Positions 9,961 through 20,446 of a stretch of DNA of 64,000 nucleotides are shown in pieces (positions within the stretch are counted from its first letter, which is position 1; each line of letters starts with the position of its first letter). Origin of the DNA: Bacillota bacterium (GTDB lineage Bacteria > Bacillota > Clostridia > Christensenellales > CAG-138); contig JAEWCL010000004.1 in the NCBI GenBank assembly GCA_023390655.1, forward strand, positions 92,087 to 156,086. The letters run 5' to 3'. The notes beneath the pieces were generated by a model that saw only the letters and a list, made by a program, of their open reading frames with translations, ran no database searches and was not told the DNA's origin. The position numbers and the translations under genes were made by a program.

Positions 9961-12900
9961 TTAGCCCGCCTCTTGGAAACGGGCGGAAACGATTTTCGAT
10001 ACGCCCTTCTCCTCCATGGCGACACCGTAAAGGGCGTTGCAGACCTCCATGCTTCCCTTGCGGTGGGTGATTAAAATAAACTGCGTATCGTCCGAATACT
10101 CCCGCAAGTAGTTCGCAAAGCGGGTGACGTTGACTTCATCCAATGAGGATTCGATCTCATCGAGGATGCAGAATACCGTGGGCTTGAGCTTGAGCATGGC
10201 GAACAGCAGCGCGATTGCCGTAAGTGCCCGCTCGCCGCCCGAAAGCAGGGTCAAGAGCTGCAGCTTCTTGCCCGGCGGCTGTGCGATGATATCGATATCG
10301 CAGTTCAATACATCCTTTGGGTCAGCAAGCCGCAACTCCGCATAGCCGCCGCCAAAGAGCTGTTCAAACACGGTGGTAAAGTTCTGCTGGATGAGCGTGA
10401 ACTGCTGCAGAAACTGTTTTTCCATCGTCTGCGTCAGCTCCGCGATAAGCGTGTTGAGATCCCCCTCCGCGCGGTTCAAATCCTCGCATTGGGTATAAAG
10501 CGCCGTATAGCGCTCATTGAGGATTTCATAATCCTCCACAGCATTAACATTGATGCTGCCTAGCGCGCGGATCTCTTTTTTGAGTTCATCGATCCGCACA
10601 TGCGCCGCTGTAATGCCAACGCCCTCCGTGCGCAATGGCAGGGCCGCTTCGTAGGTCAGCTCATAGTCGGCCATCATGCGCTCCACCATCGCGTCAAGCT
10701 CCACTTCCGTGCGGCTTTTGGTGAGCTCCTGCTTGTGGCGCTTTTCTTCAAGCTCCCGCAGGCGCTTGTTGAGTTCATCCTTACGCGCGCGGGTATCCGA
10801 AAGTGCCTGCGAACGGCGCAGGCGCTCTTCTTCCATGGCATGCTGCTCTTCTTTTCTCAATTCTACCGCAGCCTGCTCCTGCGCCACTGCGGCGTTGAGC
10901 GACTGGAGCTGCTGCTCTAAGGCCGCCTCCTGCTCCAGTGTCCTCGTATGCGCCGCCCGGTGCTCTTCCGTGGCGCGCTGCGTATCCCGCAGTTCCTGCT
11001 CGAGCCGCCTTGTTTCAAGCAGCACGGCGTCCTCTTCTTTTTTGAGCGCCATGCGCCGGACCTTGCGTTCCGTCATGGCGGCGGCGGCAGCTTCCTGCCC
11101 GGCGCGCAGCCGCACTAGTTCCGCCTGCGAGCGCTGCACATCCTCCTGCGTTGCGGCGCTGCCCGCTTCGATACCCGTCTGGACATTGCTTAAGCTTGCC
11201 TGCTCCTTTTCAATATCCAGAAGGTTGTCCCGGATTTGCGCGCATTCAAGCTCCATGCGCTCCGCCTTTTGGGCGTTCTGCCGCAGATCGCGCTCGATCA
11301 GCTCCAGCTTTTCCTTGTGGCGGGCACTGTCGATCTCCTGCGCATGCAGTGCTGCCTCCGCCTGCTGCAGCAAGAGCTTCATTTCCTCTACACTCTCATC
11401 TGCCTCTGTGCGCTTTTGCGCTTGCGCCTTGATGGCGGCCTCCGCCTCGCGGATGCTGCGCTCAAGCTCCTTTAATTCGCGTTCGCGTCCTAAGAGGCTA
11501 AACTCCCGCTTCTGTACGCTGCCGCCCGTCATAGAGCCGCCGGGGTTGATGATGTCCCCCTGCAACGTCGCAATGCGGAACGCCGAATTTGCGCGTTTGT
11601 TAATGGCAATACCGGCGTTGAGGTCTTCTACGATCACCGTCCGGCCCAGAAGGTTTTCCACCACGCTGCGGTAGCGCTCCTCAAACCCCACAAGCTCAGA
11701 CGCAATGCCGATGCATCCCGGCATATGCAGCGCCTGCCGTTCTTCCGCGGTCAAGAGCCTTGCGCGCATGGCGGAAACGGGCAGCAGCGTCGCCCTGCCG
11801 TACTGGCGGGCACGCAGGTGGTCAATCACGCGCTTTGCATCCTCCGGCGTGGGGGTGACGATGTTCTGCAGCGACGAGCCGAGCGCCATTTCAAGCGCGG
11901 TCTCGTATTGCTGCGGCACGGAAATCAGTTCCGCCACCACGCCGAGCACGCTGCGCCTGAGCGCAACGTCCCGCTCGCAATCCTTCAATACATTGCGCAC
12001 GCTCGCGTAATAGCCTTCATGGGCGCGCGCCATTTCCTCAAGCACATTGGAACGCGAGCGCATGGCATTACAGCCCTGCTCGAGCTCGTGGAGCTTGTTC
12101 TGGGCTGTCTTGCTTTCCTGCTGCGCCTGCTTTAAGCTGCTGTTGAGCCGTTCCTGTTCCCCAAGAAACGCGCGTTTTTGTTCCTGCTGCGCATCCCATT
12201 CCGCCTTTGCTTCCGAAAGTTCTTTTTCGAGGCCTTCCCGCTCAGCGCTGTTCGCCCGCTGATCTGCCGCAATAGCGTCAAGGCGCTGGTTGAGCGCGGA
12301 CGTCATGGCCTCCATCCTTGAAAGCTGGCTCTTTGCGTCCGAAAGGCGATTTAAAGAATCAATAATACTGTTTTTCTGTGTGTTAAGCGTTTCTTCCTGG
12401 CGCTCGACCGCCTGCTGCAAGCGCAGCAATTCTGCATCCGCCTGTGCAATTTCATCATCGAGCGCCTGGAGCATATCCCGGCCCGCGGTGTCGTCTGTTT
12501 TTAAGCGTTCGAGTTGCCCCATCCGGTCCTCCCGGCGGCGCTCGTTTTCCGCGATGGAAGCAAGGAGGCGTTCGCGCTCCTTTTCCAGATGCTCCTTGCG
12601 TTCATTGAACACGCCCGCTTCGCCAATGTGCGCTTCCATGGCGGACATCAGGGTAATGAGCGCATTCTGTGCGGTGCTTGCCGTCTGCTCGATCGCGCGC
12701 AGCGCTTCCTCCTGTGCCGCGGTATCGGAAGAAAGCGTGCGCTCGGATTCATAAAGAAGTTCGCTCTCTTCCTGCATCTGCTCCAGCGCACAGCCTGCGG
12801 AGTCCAGGCGTTCCTGCATGCGCTCATACTGGTGGATGAACACATTGACCTCGAGCGCCTTCAATTCATCGCGCAGCTTCAGATACGCGCGCGCTTTTTC

Positions 12901-13527
12901 CGCCTGCTCCTGCAGCGGTTCCCGCTGGGTCTGGAGTTCCATGAGGATATCCTCCAGGCGTTCGAGATTCTTGCGCGTGTTTTCAAGCTTTCTTACCGCT
13001 TCTTCCTTGCGTACGCGGTAGCGCATGACGCCCGCCGCTTCTTCCAAGGCCGCGCGGCGGTCGCCGGATTTGTTGGAGAGAATCTCTTCTACTTTGCCCT
13101 GCCCGATGATGGAATACCCTTCCTTGCCGATGCCCGTATCTCGGAAGAGCTCGTTGATATCCTTTAACCGGCAATTGTTGCGGTTGATGGCATATTCGCT
13201 ATCGCCCGAGCGGTACACGCGGCGGGTGACGGTCACTTCATTAAAATCGATCGGCAAAAGTGCATCGGAATTGTCAAACGTCAATGCGACCTCACAGAAC
13301 GCCTGCGCCTTTCTTTCCTGCGTGCCGTTGAATATGACATCCTCCATCTTGCTGCCGCGCAAAGCTTTTGCGCTCTGCTCGCCCAGCACCCACCTCACGG
13401 CGTCCGCAATGTTGCTTTTACCGCTGCCGTTGGGGCCGATGACCGCAGTGATACCCGGATCAAACTGCAATTCCGTTTTCCGCGCAAAGGACTTGAAGCC
13501 TTGTAACTCCAGCCTGACTAGACGCAA
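9961..13527 (-). CDS. smc: chromosome segregation protein SMC
   Basis: Walker A GPNGSGKSN, long coiled coils, a hinge, signature LSGGE and Walker B ILDEIESSLD. Probable TTG start at 13527 (MRLVRLELQGFKSF). The listed ORF runs to 13590. Confidence 0.95.
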   Translation of the reverse strand: MRLVRLELQGFKSFARKTELQFDPGITAVIGPNGSGKSNIADAVRWVLGEQSAKALRGSKMEDVIFNGTQERKAQAFCEVALTFDNSDALLPIDFNEVTVTRRVYRSGDSEYAINRNNCRLKDINELFRDTGIGKEGYSIIGQGKVEEILSNKSGDRRAALEEAAGVMRYRVRKEEAVRKLENTRKNLERLEDILMELQTQREPLQEQAEKARAYLKLRDELKALEVNVFIHQYERMQERLDSAGCALEQMQEESELLYESERTLSSDTAAQEEALRAIEQTASTAQNALITLMSAMEAHIGEAGVFNERKEHLEKERERLLASIAENERRREDRMGQLERLKTDDTAGRDMLQALDDEIAQADAELLRLQQAVERQEETLNTQKNSIIDSLNRLSDAKSQLSRMEAMTSALNQRLDAIAADQRANSAEREGLEKELSEAKAEWDAQQEQKRAFLGEQERLNSSLKQAQQESKTAQNKLHELEQGCNAMRSRSNVLEEMARAHEGYYASVRNVLKDCERDVALRRSVLGVVAELISVPQQYETALEMALGSSLQNIVTPTPEDAKRVIDHLRARQYGRATLLPVSAMRARLLTAEERQALHMPGCIGIASELVGFEERYRSVVENLLGRTVIVEDLNAGIAINKRANSAFRIATLQGDIINPGGSMTGGSVQKREFSLLGRERELKELERSIREAEAAIKAQAQKRTEADESVEEMKLLLQQAEAALHAQEIDSARHKEKLELIERDLRQNAQKAERMELECAQIRDNLLDIEKEQASLSNVQTGIEAGSAATQEDVQRSQAELVRLRAGQEAAAAAMTERKVRRMALKKEEDAVLLETRRLEQELRDTQRATEEHRAAHTRTLEQEAALEQQLQSLNAAVAQEQAAVELRKEEQHAMEEERLRRSQALSDTRARKDELNKRLRELEEKRHKQELTKSRTEVELDAMVERMMADYELTYEAALPLRTEGVGITAAHVRIDELKKEIRALGSINVNAVEDYEILNERYTALYTQCEDLNRAEGDLNTLIAELTQTMEKQFLQQFTLIQQNFTTVFEQLFGGGYAELRLADPKDVLNCDIDIIAQPPGKKLQLLTLLSGGERALTAIALLFAMLKLKPTVFCILDEIESSLDEVNVTRFANYLREYSDDTQFILITHRKGSMEVCNALYGVAMEEKGVSKIVSARFQEAG

Positions 13528-13586
13528 TGTTTGACACTCCCCCTCTATGGTCTGTTGGTTTCTACGTTTCTCAATAGAAATTCGAA

Positions 13587-14342
13587 TCATTCCCTAAAGA
13601 ACAGTTCCGTTTCTTCACCGACAAAATCAAACCCCATCTTATAGTATAGATTATGCTCTTTTCCTTGGGTATCCGTAACGACATAAGCGTATTGGTTGCC
13701 CTCCCGTGCCGCATCCGATACCATCCTCTGCAGCATTTTTCTGCCGTAACCTTTGCCCTGATATGCATCCAGAATCACAAACTCCTCCAATTTTACAATG
13801 CCGTCTTTTACAAAATAGTCGCAATATCCTATTGGAGAACCATCCACACAGCATACATAATATTGAAGCAACTGATTGAGGTACAAGGCCCGCTTTTGGC
13901 ACAGTTTTTTTGCCCCGATTGTCGAGGTCTCGTATTTTTCATCGCACGCCAACCCCATCTCGATTTCATCCACGGTTTCCGCACGCTTCACCATGCATCT
14001 CTCTTCCTCCACCGGGATGGAGTCCAACGGAGCGGGCATGTACATATATTTGATATAAGATACCTCAAAGCCCAGCTTTTCCGCCCATTCCAAAAGTTCC
14101 GGCGAAACCTCAAGTCTAGGGTGGAAAACAAATTTCAGAAAATCTTTGCCTTGGCTTTTTAGTTCCCGTAAGCAATCAGAGATATATTCCTTGGCGTTGG
14201 CGACGTCTTGAAAGAGAACAAAATTATGGCAGTACATCTCCGGAATGATGCTATTAGAGAACATGTTTCTATCTGGAAATGACTGTTTTTCACAAAACAG
14301 TTCTATATAGGCGTCCTCGATTTTCCTTAACTTGCTGATCAT
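13587..14342 (-). CDS. GNAT family N-acetyltransferase (two-domain, low-GC)
   Basis: Acetyl-CoA motif A: ILDAYQGKGYGRKMLQRMV. Hand-counted lines 13801-13860 and 14221-14280 are 35-38% G+C, against about 60-67% in the neighbours. Confidence 0.8.
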   Translation of the reverse strand: MISKLRKIEDAYIELFCEKQSFPDRNMFSNSIIPEMYCHNFVLFQDVANAKEYISDCLRELKSQGKDFLKFVFHPRLEVSPELLEWAEKLGFEVSYIKYMYMPAPLDSIPVEEERCMVKRAETVDEIEMGLACDEKYETSTIGAKKLCQKRALYLNQLLQYYVCCVDGSPIGYCDYFVKDGIVKLEEFVILDAYQGKGYGRKMLQRMVSDAAREGNQYAYVVTDTQGKEHNLYYKMGFDFVGEETELFFRE

Positions 14343-14373
14343 ACAGGCACCCTTCCAAATTCCTTTAGAACTA

Positions 14374-15105
14374 TCAAGGACCTTTTAGGCCGGCCTGTTT
14401 TTCATCCGCACGCAGCAGTTTAAGAGCTGCTTTTGCCGCGCGCTGGCCTGCTTCCTGCTTGGAACTGCCCACGCCTTCCCCCACCAGCCGTTCGTTGAGG
14501 GAGACACGGATGCGGAATTCCTTCTTATGGTCCGGCCCTGTTGCCGAAGCCAGCCGGTAGCCAAGGCTCCCCAGGTGCTTTTTCTGGACGTACTCCTGCA
14601 GGCTTGTCTTATGATCCTTGCCGGGGCCGCCGTCCACCGCCTGTGAAAGGGCCTGCTCCGCGAAGCGCAGCACAAACGTCCTTGCTTCTTCTATGCCGCC
14701 ATCCAGGTAAATGGCGCCGATGAGCGCTTCGAGCGCATCGGATAAAATGGAAGGCTTCGCCCTTCCACCCGTATTCTCTTCCCCATGTCCCAGCAGGAGA
14801 TACTCCTGCAGGGAAAAATACGCGCGCGCCGCCTGGTCAAGCGCCGTTTCACATACCATGGAAGCGCGCGCACGCGTCATAGCGCCCTCGCTCCACTGCG
14901 GATAGCGCCTGAAGAGCTGCTCACTGATGCACAGCTCCAATACGGCGTCCCCGAGATACTCCAGCCGCTCGTTATGTACTTTCCCTTTTCCGTCACCCTT
15001 GACAAAGGATGTATGGGTCAGCGCCGCATCCAGCAGCGTGATATCCCTGAATGTGTACCCGATGCGCTCCTGCAGCGCCAAAAGCTGTTGGTGCCGTACA
15101 GACAT
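14374..15105 (-). CDS. rnc: ribonuclease III
   Basis: RNase III signature NERLEYLGDAVLE and a C-terminal dsRBD (KQEAGQRAAKAALKLL). Confidence 0.95.
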   Translation of the reverse strand: MSVRHQQLLALQERIGYTFRDITLLDAALTHTSFVKGDGKGKVHNERLEYLGDAVLELCISEQLFRRYPQWSEGAMTRARASMVCETALDQAARAYFSLQEYLLLGHGEENTGGRAKPSILSDALEALIGAIYLDGGIEEARTFVLRFAEQALSQAVDGGPGKDHKTSLQEYVQKKHLGSLGYRLASATGPDHKKEFRIRVSLNERLVGEGVGSSKQEAGQRAAKAALKLLRADEKQAGLKGP

Positions 15106-15180
15106 TTGTCTTGAAGCCCCCTGTTCAAACGAATGCCCGCACCAAGAGTGATGCGGGCCGCCGGTTTTTGCTATCTTCGC

Positions 15181-15405
15181 TTAGTGCTTTTCGAGATATT
15201 CCACAATGTCGCCCACCGTACGGACCTTCGGCAGCTCTTCATCCGGTATCTCAATATCGAACTCCTGCTCCAGGTCCATGATCAGCTCTACGACATCGAG
15301 GCTGTCTGCCTTCAGGTCGTCTACCAGTTTTGAATCCATGGTGATGCCGGCTGCATCCACATCCAATTGCTTTGCAATGATTTCACGAACCTTATCGAAT
15401 TTCAT
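15181..15405 (-). CDS. acpP: acyl carrier protein
   Basis: [17 protein letters not shown]...[19 protein letters not shown] (DSLD phosphopantetheine site). Start at 15405 within the longer listed ORF. Confidence 0.95.
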   Translation of the reverse strand: MKFDKVREIIAKQLDVDAAGITMDSKLVDDLKADSLDVVELIMDLEQEFDIEIPDEELPKVRTVGDIVEYLEKH

Positions 15406-15589
15406 GCAAATACTCCTCCCAGAACGTTTAATGGAAAATAATATAATAGTAGATATTCCAAGTTTCAGTTTAGGCCACAAGGCCGCTTCTGTCAATGCCG
15501 AATCCTCGCATCAGCCGCGCTGCAACAGCGTGCATCAGGCTATTCAGGATAAATTTACAACTTGGCAATATTGGCAACGCAAAAGCACC

Positions 15590-16594
15590 CTAGTCTTCAA
15601 ACTCCATGCCCGCAACAGCGTCCGCAATGGCTTCCGTCACATTGCCCTTTAAATACGCGCTGGCCTGCCGGATCGCCGCGGCAAACGCCTTGGCGTTGGA
15701 ACTGCCGTGCGCCTTGATGATGCCGCCGTTGATGCCTAAAAGCGGTGCTCCGCCATACTCCGTATAGTCCATGCGCGCCTTGAGACGCTTCAATGCTTTT
15801 TTTGCAAAAAGCGCGCCAAGCTTGGAGCGGGTATCCCCAAGAAGCTCGTCCTTGAGCATTTTAGACATGAGCGACGCGACGCCCTCCGTATTTTTCAATA
15901 CCAGATTGCCTGCAAATCCATCGCTGACCACCACGTCAAAATCGCCGGAAACCACATCCCTTCCTTCGCAGTTGCCCACAAAGTTGACGGGCGTCTTTTC
16001 AAGCAGCGGATAGGTGGCCTTGGTGAGCTCATTTCCCTTTTCCGCCTCCGCGCCGTTGTTCAGTAACCCTACGCGCGGATTTTCGATCCCCATCACATTC
16101 TTCATATAATTTGAGCCCATCAGTGCGAACTGCTGCAGATAAGACGGTTTGCAGTCCACATTCGCGCCGCAGTCAATGAGCAGCACGCATCCGTCCCGGG
16201 TAGGCAGTATGGGCGCTAGCGCCGGACGTTTGACGCCCTTTAGACGCCGCACGATGAGTGTTGCGCCTGTCAGCAGGGCGCCTGTGCTGCCGGCGGAAAC
16301 CATGGCGCCCGCTTCCCCGTTTGCCACGCAGCGCAGTGTCTGCACAAGCGAAGACTCCGTCTTCTTCTTGATGGCCACAGTCGGCTGTTCGTGGCTTGAA
16401 ATATAGTCCGGCGCGTGCCGGACGGCAATGCGGGACGCATCATGCGCGTGTTCGGATAAATACGCTTGGATCACATCTTCCTTGCCCACCAGGATCAATT
16501 CTATTTCCGGTTGCTGCCTGAGTGCAAGCATGCACCCGTCGAGCACCGCCTGCGGCGCGTGATCGCCGCCAAATACATCTACAGCGATTTTCAT
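15590..16594 (-). CDS. plsX: phosphate acyltransferase PlsX
   Basis: MKIAVDVFGGDHAP start (nt 16594, SD GGGGGAGAG 6 nt upstream). PlsX-type sequence throughout. Confidence 0.95.
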   Translation of the reverse strand: MKIAVDVFGGDHAPQAVLDGCMLALRQQPEIELILVGKEDVIQAYLSEHAHDASRIAVRHAPDYISSHEQPTVAIKKKTESSLVQTLRCVANGEAGAMVSAGSTGALLTGATLIVRRLKGVKRPALAPILPTRDGCVLLIDCGANVDCKPSYLQQFALMGSNYMKNVMGIENPRVGLLNNGAEAEKGNELTKATYPLLEKTPVNFVGNCEGRDVVSGDFDVVVSDGFAGNLVLKNTEGVASLMSKMLKDELLGDTRSKLGALFAKKALKRLKARMDYTEYGGAPLLGINGGIIKAHGSSNAKAFAAAIRQASAYLKGNVTEAIADAVAGMEFED

Positions 16595-16688
16595 GCGTAA
16601 CTCTCCCCCATCTTCTTTCATCTCCTCCCTGCCGGGTTCCCCTCCCGGCAGAAAGGTCCGCCTTATTAAACGACAAAAAGACAGAAAA

Positions 16689-16707
16689 CAACTGTCTCTG
16701 CCTTTTT
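16689..16707. terminator. weak stem-loop in rpmF-plsX spacer
   Basis: AGACAG-aaaacaa-CTGTCT flanked by A-run and T-run. 6-bp AT-rich stem, so at best a partial terminator or attenuator. Confidence 0.3.
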
Positions 16708-16841
16708 TTCGTCAGGCGCTTGCTTGTAAAAACGCCATATCCCAAGCGGTCGGCACAACAACGGATAATCCCGCCTGTGCGCGGCCTGATCTGCCGATTT
16801 TGTATCGCGCGCCAAGCTGCGCTTTCGGCATAAGCATGGCG

Positions 16842-17042
16842 TTAAGCCTGGGTCTTCTTATCCGCATCCAGATTGATGACCTGCTTGCCATCGTAAAAGC
16901 CGCAGTGCTTGCATACCCTGTGTGCGAGCTTAAGCTTGTGGCACTGGGGGCATGCCGCAATACCGGGCATGGACAGCTTCCAGTGGCTGGACCTGCGGGA
17001 ATCCCGCCTGGCCTTAGAAGTTTTTCTCTTAGGGACCGCCAT
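16842..17042 (-). CDS. rpmF: 50S ribosomal protein L32
   Basis: [23 protein letters not shown] plus zinc-ribbon CPQC...CKHCG. Confidence 0.95.
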   Translation of the reverse strand: MAVPKRKTSKARRDSRRSSHWKLSMPGIAACPQCHKLKLAHRVCKHCGFYDGKQVINLDADKKTQA

Positions 17043-17044
17043 GA

Positions 17045-17584
17045 TTACACCTCCTTACCATCGTCAAACAGTGAACCGAGCGCTGCGAGCGGCGAGGGAT
17101 TTTCCTCCTCATGCACGCTGTTGCAGGCACACTGCGCCGTATTCAAATTGCATCCGCAGACGGGGCACAAGCCTTTGCAATCCGCACTGCACACGCCTGA
17201 AATCGGAATATGCAGAAACAGATTGTCCATCACCATCGGCGCAAGATCCAGTGTCTCGCCCACGAAAGCATAGCTTTCCTCGTCTTCCCCGGACGTGCCC
17301 TTTACAAAACGTTCCTGCAGAGGAATGTTGAGCGTTTCTACAAAAGGCTCGTCGCAGCGGGCACACCTAGAGGAGAGTTTTGCCTGTAATGCTCCGTTGA
17401 TAACAATCGCCTCGCCATCAAAGGAATACTGGAAGCTGATTTCCAGCGGCTCCGGAAACAAAACCGTCCTGCCGCCGAATTCCTGCGGCGCAATGGATTC
17501 GCTCCGCGCCTCCATAAAAACCTCGCCCAGCTGTTTTAATGCCGCCGCGATTGAAAGCTCCATAGGCCTTTCCTCCAAAGTCAA
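17045..17584 (-). CDS. yceD: DUF177 protein YceD/YlbN (large-subunit rRNA accumulation protein)
   Basis: Sits immediately upstream of rpmF, as is conserved. C-terminal Cys cluster [17 protein letters not shown]. Start could be M1 (17584) or M8 (17563). Confidence 0.85.
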   Translation of the reverse strand: MTLEERPMELSIAAALKQLGEVFMEARSESIAPQEFGGRTVLFPEPLEISFQYSFDGEAIVINGALQAKLSSRCARCDEPFVETLNIPLQERFVKGTSGEDEESYAFVGETLDLAPMVMDNLFLHIPISGVCSADCKGLCPVCGCNLNTAQCACNSVHEEENPSPLAALGSLFDDGKEV

Positions 17585-17684
17585 CCATCGTTTATTTTAT
17601 CGATTGCCGCGGGGTTTGTCAACTTAAAACTTAAGGCGCGGCAGAGGGATTTTTAAAAGCCCGTCGCCCATAAAAAAACGGCGG

Positions 17685-18278
17685 CTATTCCACATTTTTT
17701 GCCTGGCCCATTTCCTGCTTTTCCTTTGCGTCTAAAAGATGCCGCTTCTGAAATACATTCTTCTGTGCGTAGTGGACAAGTGCAATAATGCCAAGCACCA
17801 TCGCAATGGAAAGCAGCACGATATTCCAGAAAGAAATCCAATGCCAGAACCGCTTCAACAGCGTCGCCACAACGCCTGCATTAAAGAAGCCTGTCGCAAA
17901 TTTTCCAAACCAATCCGCATAAACGACGATTTCCTTTTTCCAAAGCAGCGCGCCGCCTATGATCATAATCAGCTCTTTTGCCACAACAACCGCAACCAGC
18001 CACACGGGCACCCAGCCCTTGGTGCAAAAACATACGAGCGCGGTGATAAGCATGAGCTTGTCCGCCAAAGGATCAAGCACCTTTCCCACATTCGTAATCC
18101 AGTTGTTATGGCGTGCCAAATACCCATCCAGCGTATCCGTTAGCACCGCGAGCACATAGGTGGACAATGCCGCGATGTATCTGCCATTCTGAAAAAAATA
18201 AGCAAACACGCCCACCATTCCGATGCGCAGCCCGGAGAGTATATTCGGGATATGCCTCATGTAGTTTACCTGCCCCAT
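17685..18278 (-). CDS. pgsA: CDP-diacylglycerol--glycerol-3-phosphate 3-phosphatidyltransferase
   Basis: CDP-alcohol phosphatidyltransferase motif DTLDGYLARHNNWITNVGKVLDPLADKL. Multi-TM. Start M1 (18278) or M7 (18260). Confidence 0.85.
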   Translation of the reverse strand: MGQVNYMRHIPNILSGLRIGMVGVFAYFFQNGRYIAALSTYVLAVLTDTLDGYLARHNNWITNVGKVLDPLADKLMLITALVCFCTKGWVPVWLVAVVVAKELIMIIGGALLWKKEIVVYADWFGKFATGFFNAGVVATLLKRFWHWISFWNIVLLSIAMVLGIIALVHYAQKNVFQKRHLLDAKEKQEMGQAKNVE

Positions 18279-18383
18279 TCTGCCTTATCCTAAAATTGCC
18301 TTCCCGCATAGTATACCGCAATCCGGCCAAAACAGCCATATAATTTCAGGTGGGCAAAATGAAGAATTCCTTAAATGATCATT

Positions 18384-18414
18384 AAAAAGGCAACAAGGCG
18401 GGGAATCCCCGCCT
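18384..18414 (-). terminator. terminator of carboxylase operon
   Basis: On the minus strand, GGCGGGG-att-CCCCGCC followed by TTGTTGCCTTTTT, about 25 nt after the stop of 18436..19896. Confidence 0.5.
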
Positions 18415-18435
18415 CGCTGATGACAACTATTTTCG

Positions 18436-19896
18436 TTATGCGGTAAGGTCTTCCACATAGAGAACTGTGATCCCCTCGGGCGCTTTTGCCGGGGCAGGCA
18501 CTGCCGCGGCAGGAGCGGGCGCAGGCGCTGCCATGGGCGCTGTGCCGGACTTCGCGGCCTTGCGCGCTTCAAAGAACTTCATGGCAACCTGCGGGAAGAG
18601 CGCATAGCTTAGTACGTCCTCTTCCTGCTCCATGATATCTTTGATTTCCTCGCGGTAGCTGTCAAGCTCGGGCTTCAAAAGATCGGCCGGACGGCAGGTG
18701 ATGACTTCTTCATCGCCGATTGCCTTGCGGCGCACCTCTTCATTGACCTTGCCGGGCAGCATGCCGTATTCCCCATGCAGGAGCGCCTTTGACTCCTTGG
18801 AGAACGTCTTATAACGTTCGCCGGAAATGACATTGAGCACCGCCTGGGAGCCGACGATCTGGCTGGTGGGCGTGACGAGCGGCGGATAGCCGAAATCTTC
18901 ACGCACACGGGGGATCTCTTCAAGCACCTGGTAGTACTTGTCTTCCGCATTCGCCTGCTTGAGCTGGGAAATGAGGTTACTTAGCATACCGCCGGGTACC
19001 TGATAAAGAAGCGTATTGACGTCGACGCTCAATACCTTGGGATCAAGGCTGCCTTCCTTCTTGAGCTTCTCCGCAACGCCCCTGAAATGGGTGGCGGCCT
19101 TTGCAAGCTTGTTGAGGTCGATGCCCGTATCATATTGAGTACCCCTGAGCGTCGCCACAAGAGGTTCCGTCGCGGGCTGGGCGGTACCGTTGCCCATGGG
19201 GGAAAGCGCGCAGTCCACAATATCGACACCTGCCTGGATCGCCATGAGATAGGTCATGTCGCCCGTGCCGGTGGTGTTGTGGGTGTGCAGATGGATGGGA
19301 ACATCCACCTCCGCCTTCAACCGCTTGACGAGGGAATACGCATCATAGGGGAGCAGCAGGTTCGCCATGTCCTTGATGCAGATGACGTCGGCGCCCATCT
19401 GTACAAGTTCTTTTGCCAGCTTCACAAAATAATCCTCGTTGTGAACGGGGCTGATGGTGTAGCTGATGGCGGGTTCGCAGATGCCGCCGTACTTTTTCGT
19501 GTACTTGATGGCGGCCTCAAGGTTCCTCGTATCGTTGAGCGCATCGAAAATGCGCACCACATCGATGCCGTTTTCAATCGCTTTTCGGCAGAATTGCTCC
19601 ACCACATCGTCCGCATAGTGCTTGTAGCCAAGGATGTTCTGGCCGCGGAAGAGCATCTGCAGCTTGGTGTTGGGGAGCGCCTTCTTGAGTTTCCTGAGCC
19701 GTTCCCACGGGTCCTCATTGAGGAAGCGCAGGCAGCTGTCAAACGTGGCGCCGCCCCAGCACTCCAAAGACCAATACCCTACGCTGTCGAGTATTTCACA
19801 CGCGGGGAGCATGTCTTCTACACGCATGCGGGTAGCAGCCTGCGATTGGTGCGCGTCACGCAATATCGTATCCGTAATGAATACCTTTTTTGCCAA
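18436..19896 (-). CDS. oxaloacetate decarboxylase alpha / 5S-type carboxyltransferase subunit (no fused biotin domain)
   Basis: N-terminal ITDTILRDAHQS (HMGL-like TIM barrel of pyruvate/oxaloacetate carboxyltransferases). Ala/Pro linker near the C-terminus, but the protein ends without an AMKM biotinyl domain. Confidence 0.85.
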   Translation of the reverse strand: MAKKVFITDTILRDAHQSQAATRMRVEDMLPACEILDSVGYWSLECWGGATFDSCLRFLNEDPWERLRKLKKALPNTKLQMLFRGQNILGYKHYADDVVEQFCRKAIENGIDVVRIFDALNDTRNLEAAIKYTKKYGGICEPAISYTISPVHNEDYFVKLAKELVQMGADVICIKDMANLLLPYDAYSLVKRLKAEVDVPIHLHTHNTTGTGDMTYLMAIQAGVDIVDCALSPMGNGTAQPATEPLVATLRGTQYDTGIDLNKLAKAATHFRGVAEKLKKEGSLDPKVLSVDVNTLLYQVPGGMLSNLISQLKQANAEDKYYQVLEEIPRVREDFGYPPLVTPTSQIVGSQAVLNVISGERYKTFSKESKALLHGEYGMLPGKVNEEVRRKAIGDEEVITCRPADLLKPELDSYREEIKDIMEQEEDVLSYALFPQVAMKFFEARKAAKSGTAPMAAPAPAPAAAVPAPAKAPEGITVLYVEDLTA

Positions 19897-19999
19897 TTGT
19901 ATGTCCTCCTTTCAGATTGTTCTGCCGCGTTATTTTGCCGCGACAGCCTTACTGCGCCGTTATGAAACAGGCGCATCTATTGTATGGATAACCCGTTTT

Positions 20000-20392
20000 T
20001 TAGCCGATGACGCAGAGCGGCTCGCCGGTATTAACGGCCTGTCCGCCCGCGACGTTGACCGCTACGACCACGCCTTCCACGGGGGCAACGATTTCATTTT
20101 CCATCTTCATGGCTTCGAGCACCATGAGCACCTGATTCTTCTTGACGGCATCGCCGGGCTTTACGCTGACGGAAAGAATGGTGCCGGGCATGGGCGCGGA
20201 AACGCTGGTCTGTCCGGCCGCGGCCGCTACAGGCTTAGGTGCGGGCGCTTCCACCGCGGGCGCGGGGGCCGCTGCGGGAGCTGCAACAAAGTTTGAAGCG
20301 GCAACGGGAGCCGCAGGCGCCGCGGCGCCGGAAATCTCCTCTACCATAACCTCATAGGAAGCACCGTTCACATTTACAAGAAACTTACGCAT
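20000..20392 (-). CDS. biotin carboxyl carrier (biotin/lipoyl attachment) protein
   Basis: Start MRKFLVNVNGASYEV (20392). Ala/Pro linker, then biotinylation motif LEAMKMENEI. Confidence 0.85.
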   Translation of the reverse strand: MRKFLVNVNGASYEVMVEEISGAAAPAAPVAASNFVAAPAAAPAPAVEAPAPKPVAAAAGQTSVSAPMPGTILSVSVKPGDAVKKNQVLMVLEAMKMENEIVAPVEGVVVAVNVAGGQAVNTGEPLCVIG

Positions 20393-20446
20393 CTTTTTTC
20401 CTCCTGTTTTACTTTCGGCTGATTTTATTGACATATGTATAAGACT

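Noticed and set aside
10676-11674. 332-aa Ser/Cys/Arg-rich ORF antisense to smc
   Set aside because: Low-complexity translation of the reverse strand of the Glu/Leu/Ala-rich SMC coiled coil. This is a classic antisense artefact.
16629-16651. Perfect 8-bp GC stem (CTGCCGGG...CCCGGCAG) 35 nt upstream of plsX, considered as a terminator or RNase III processing site
   Set aside because: There is no U-run, so it is not an intrinsic terminator. A processing role is untestable from sequence alone.
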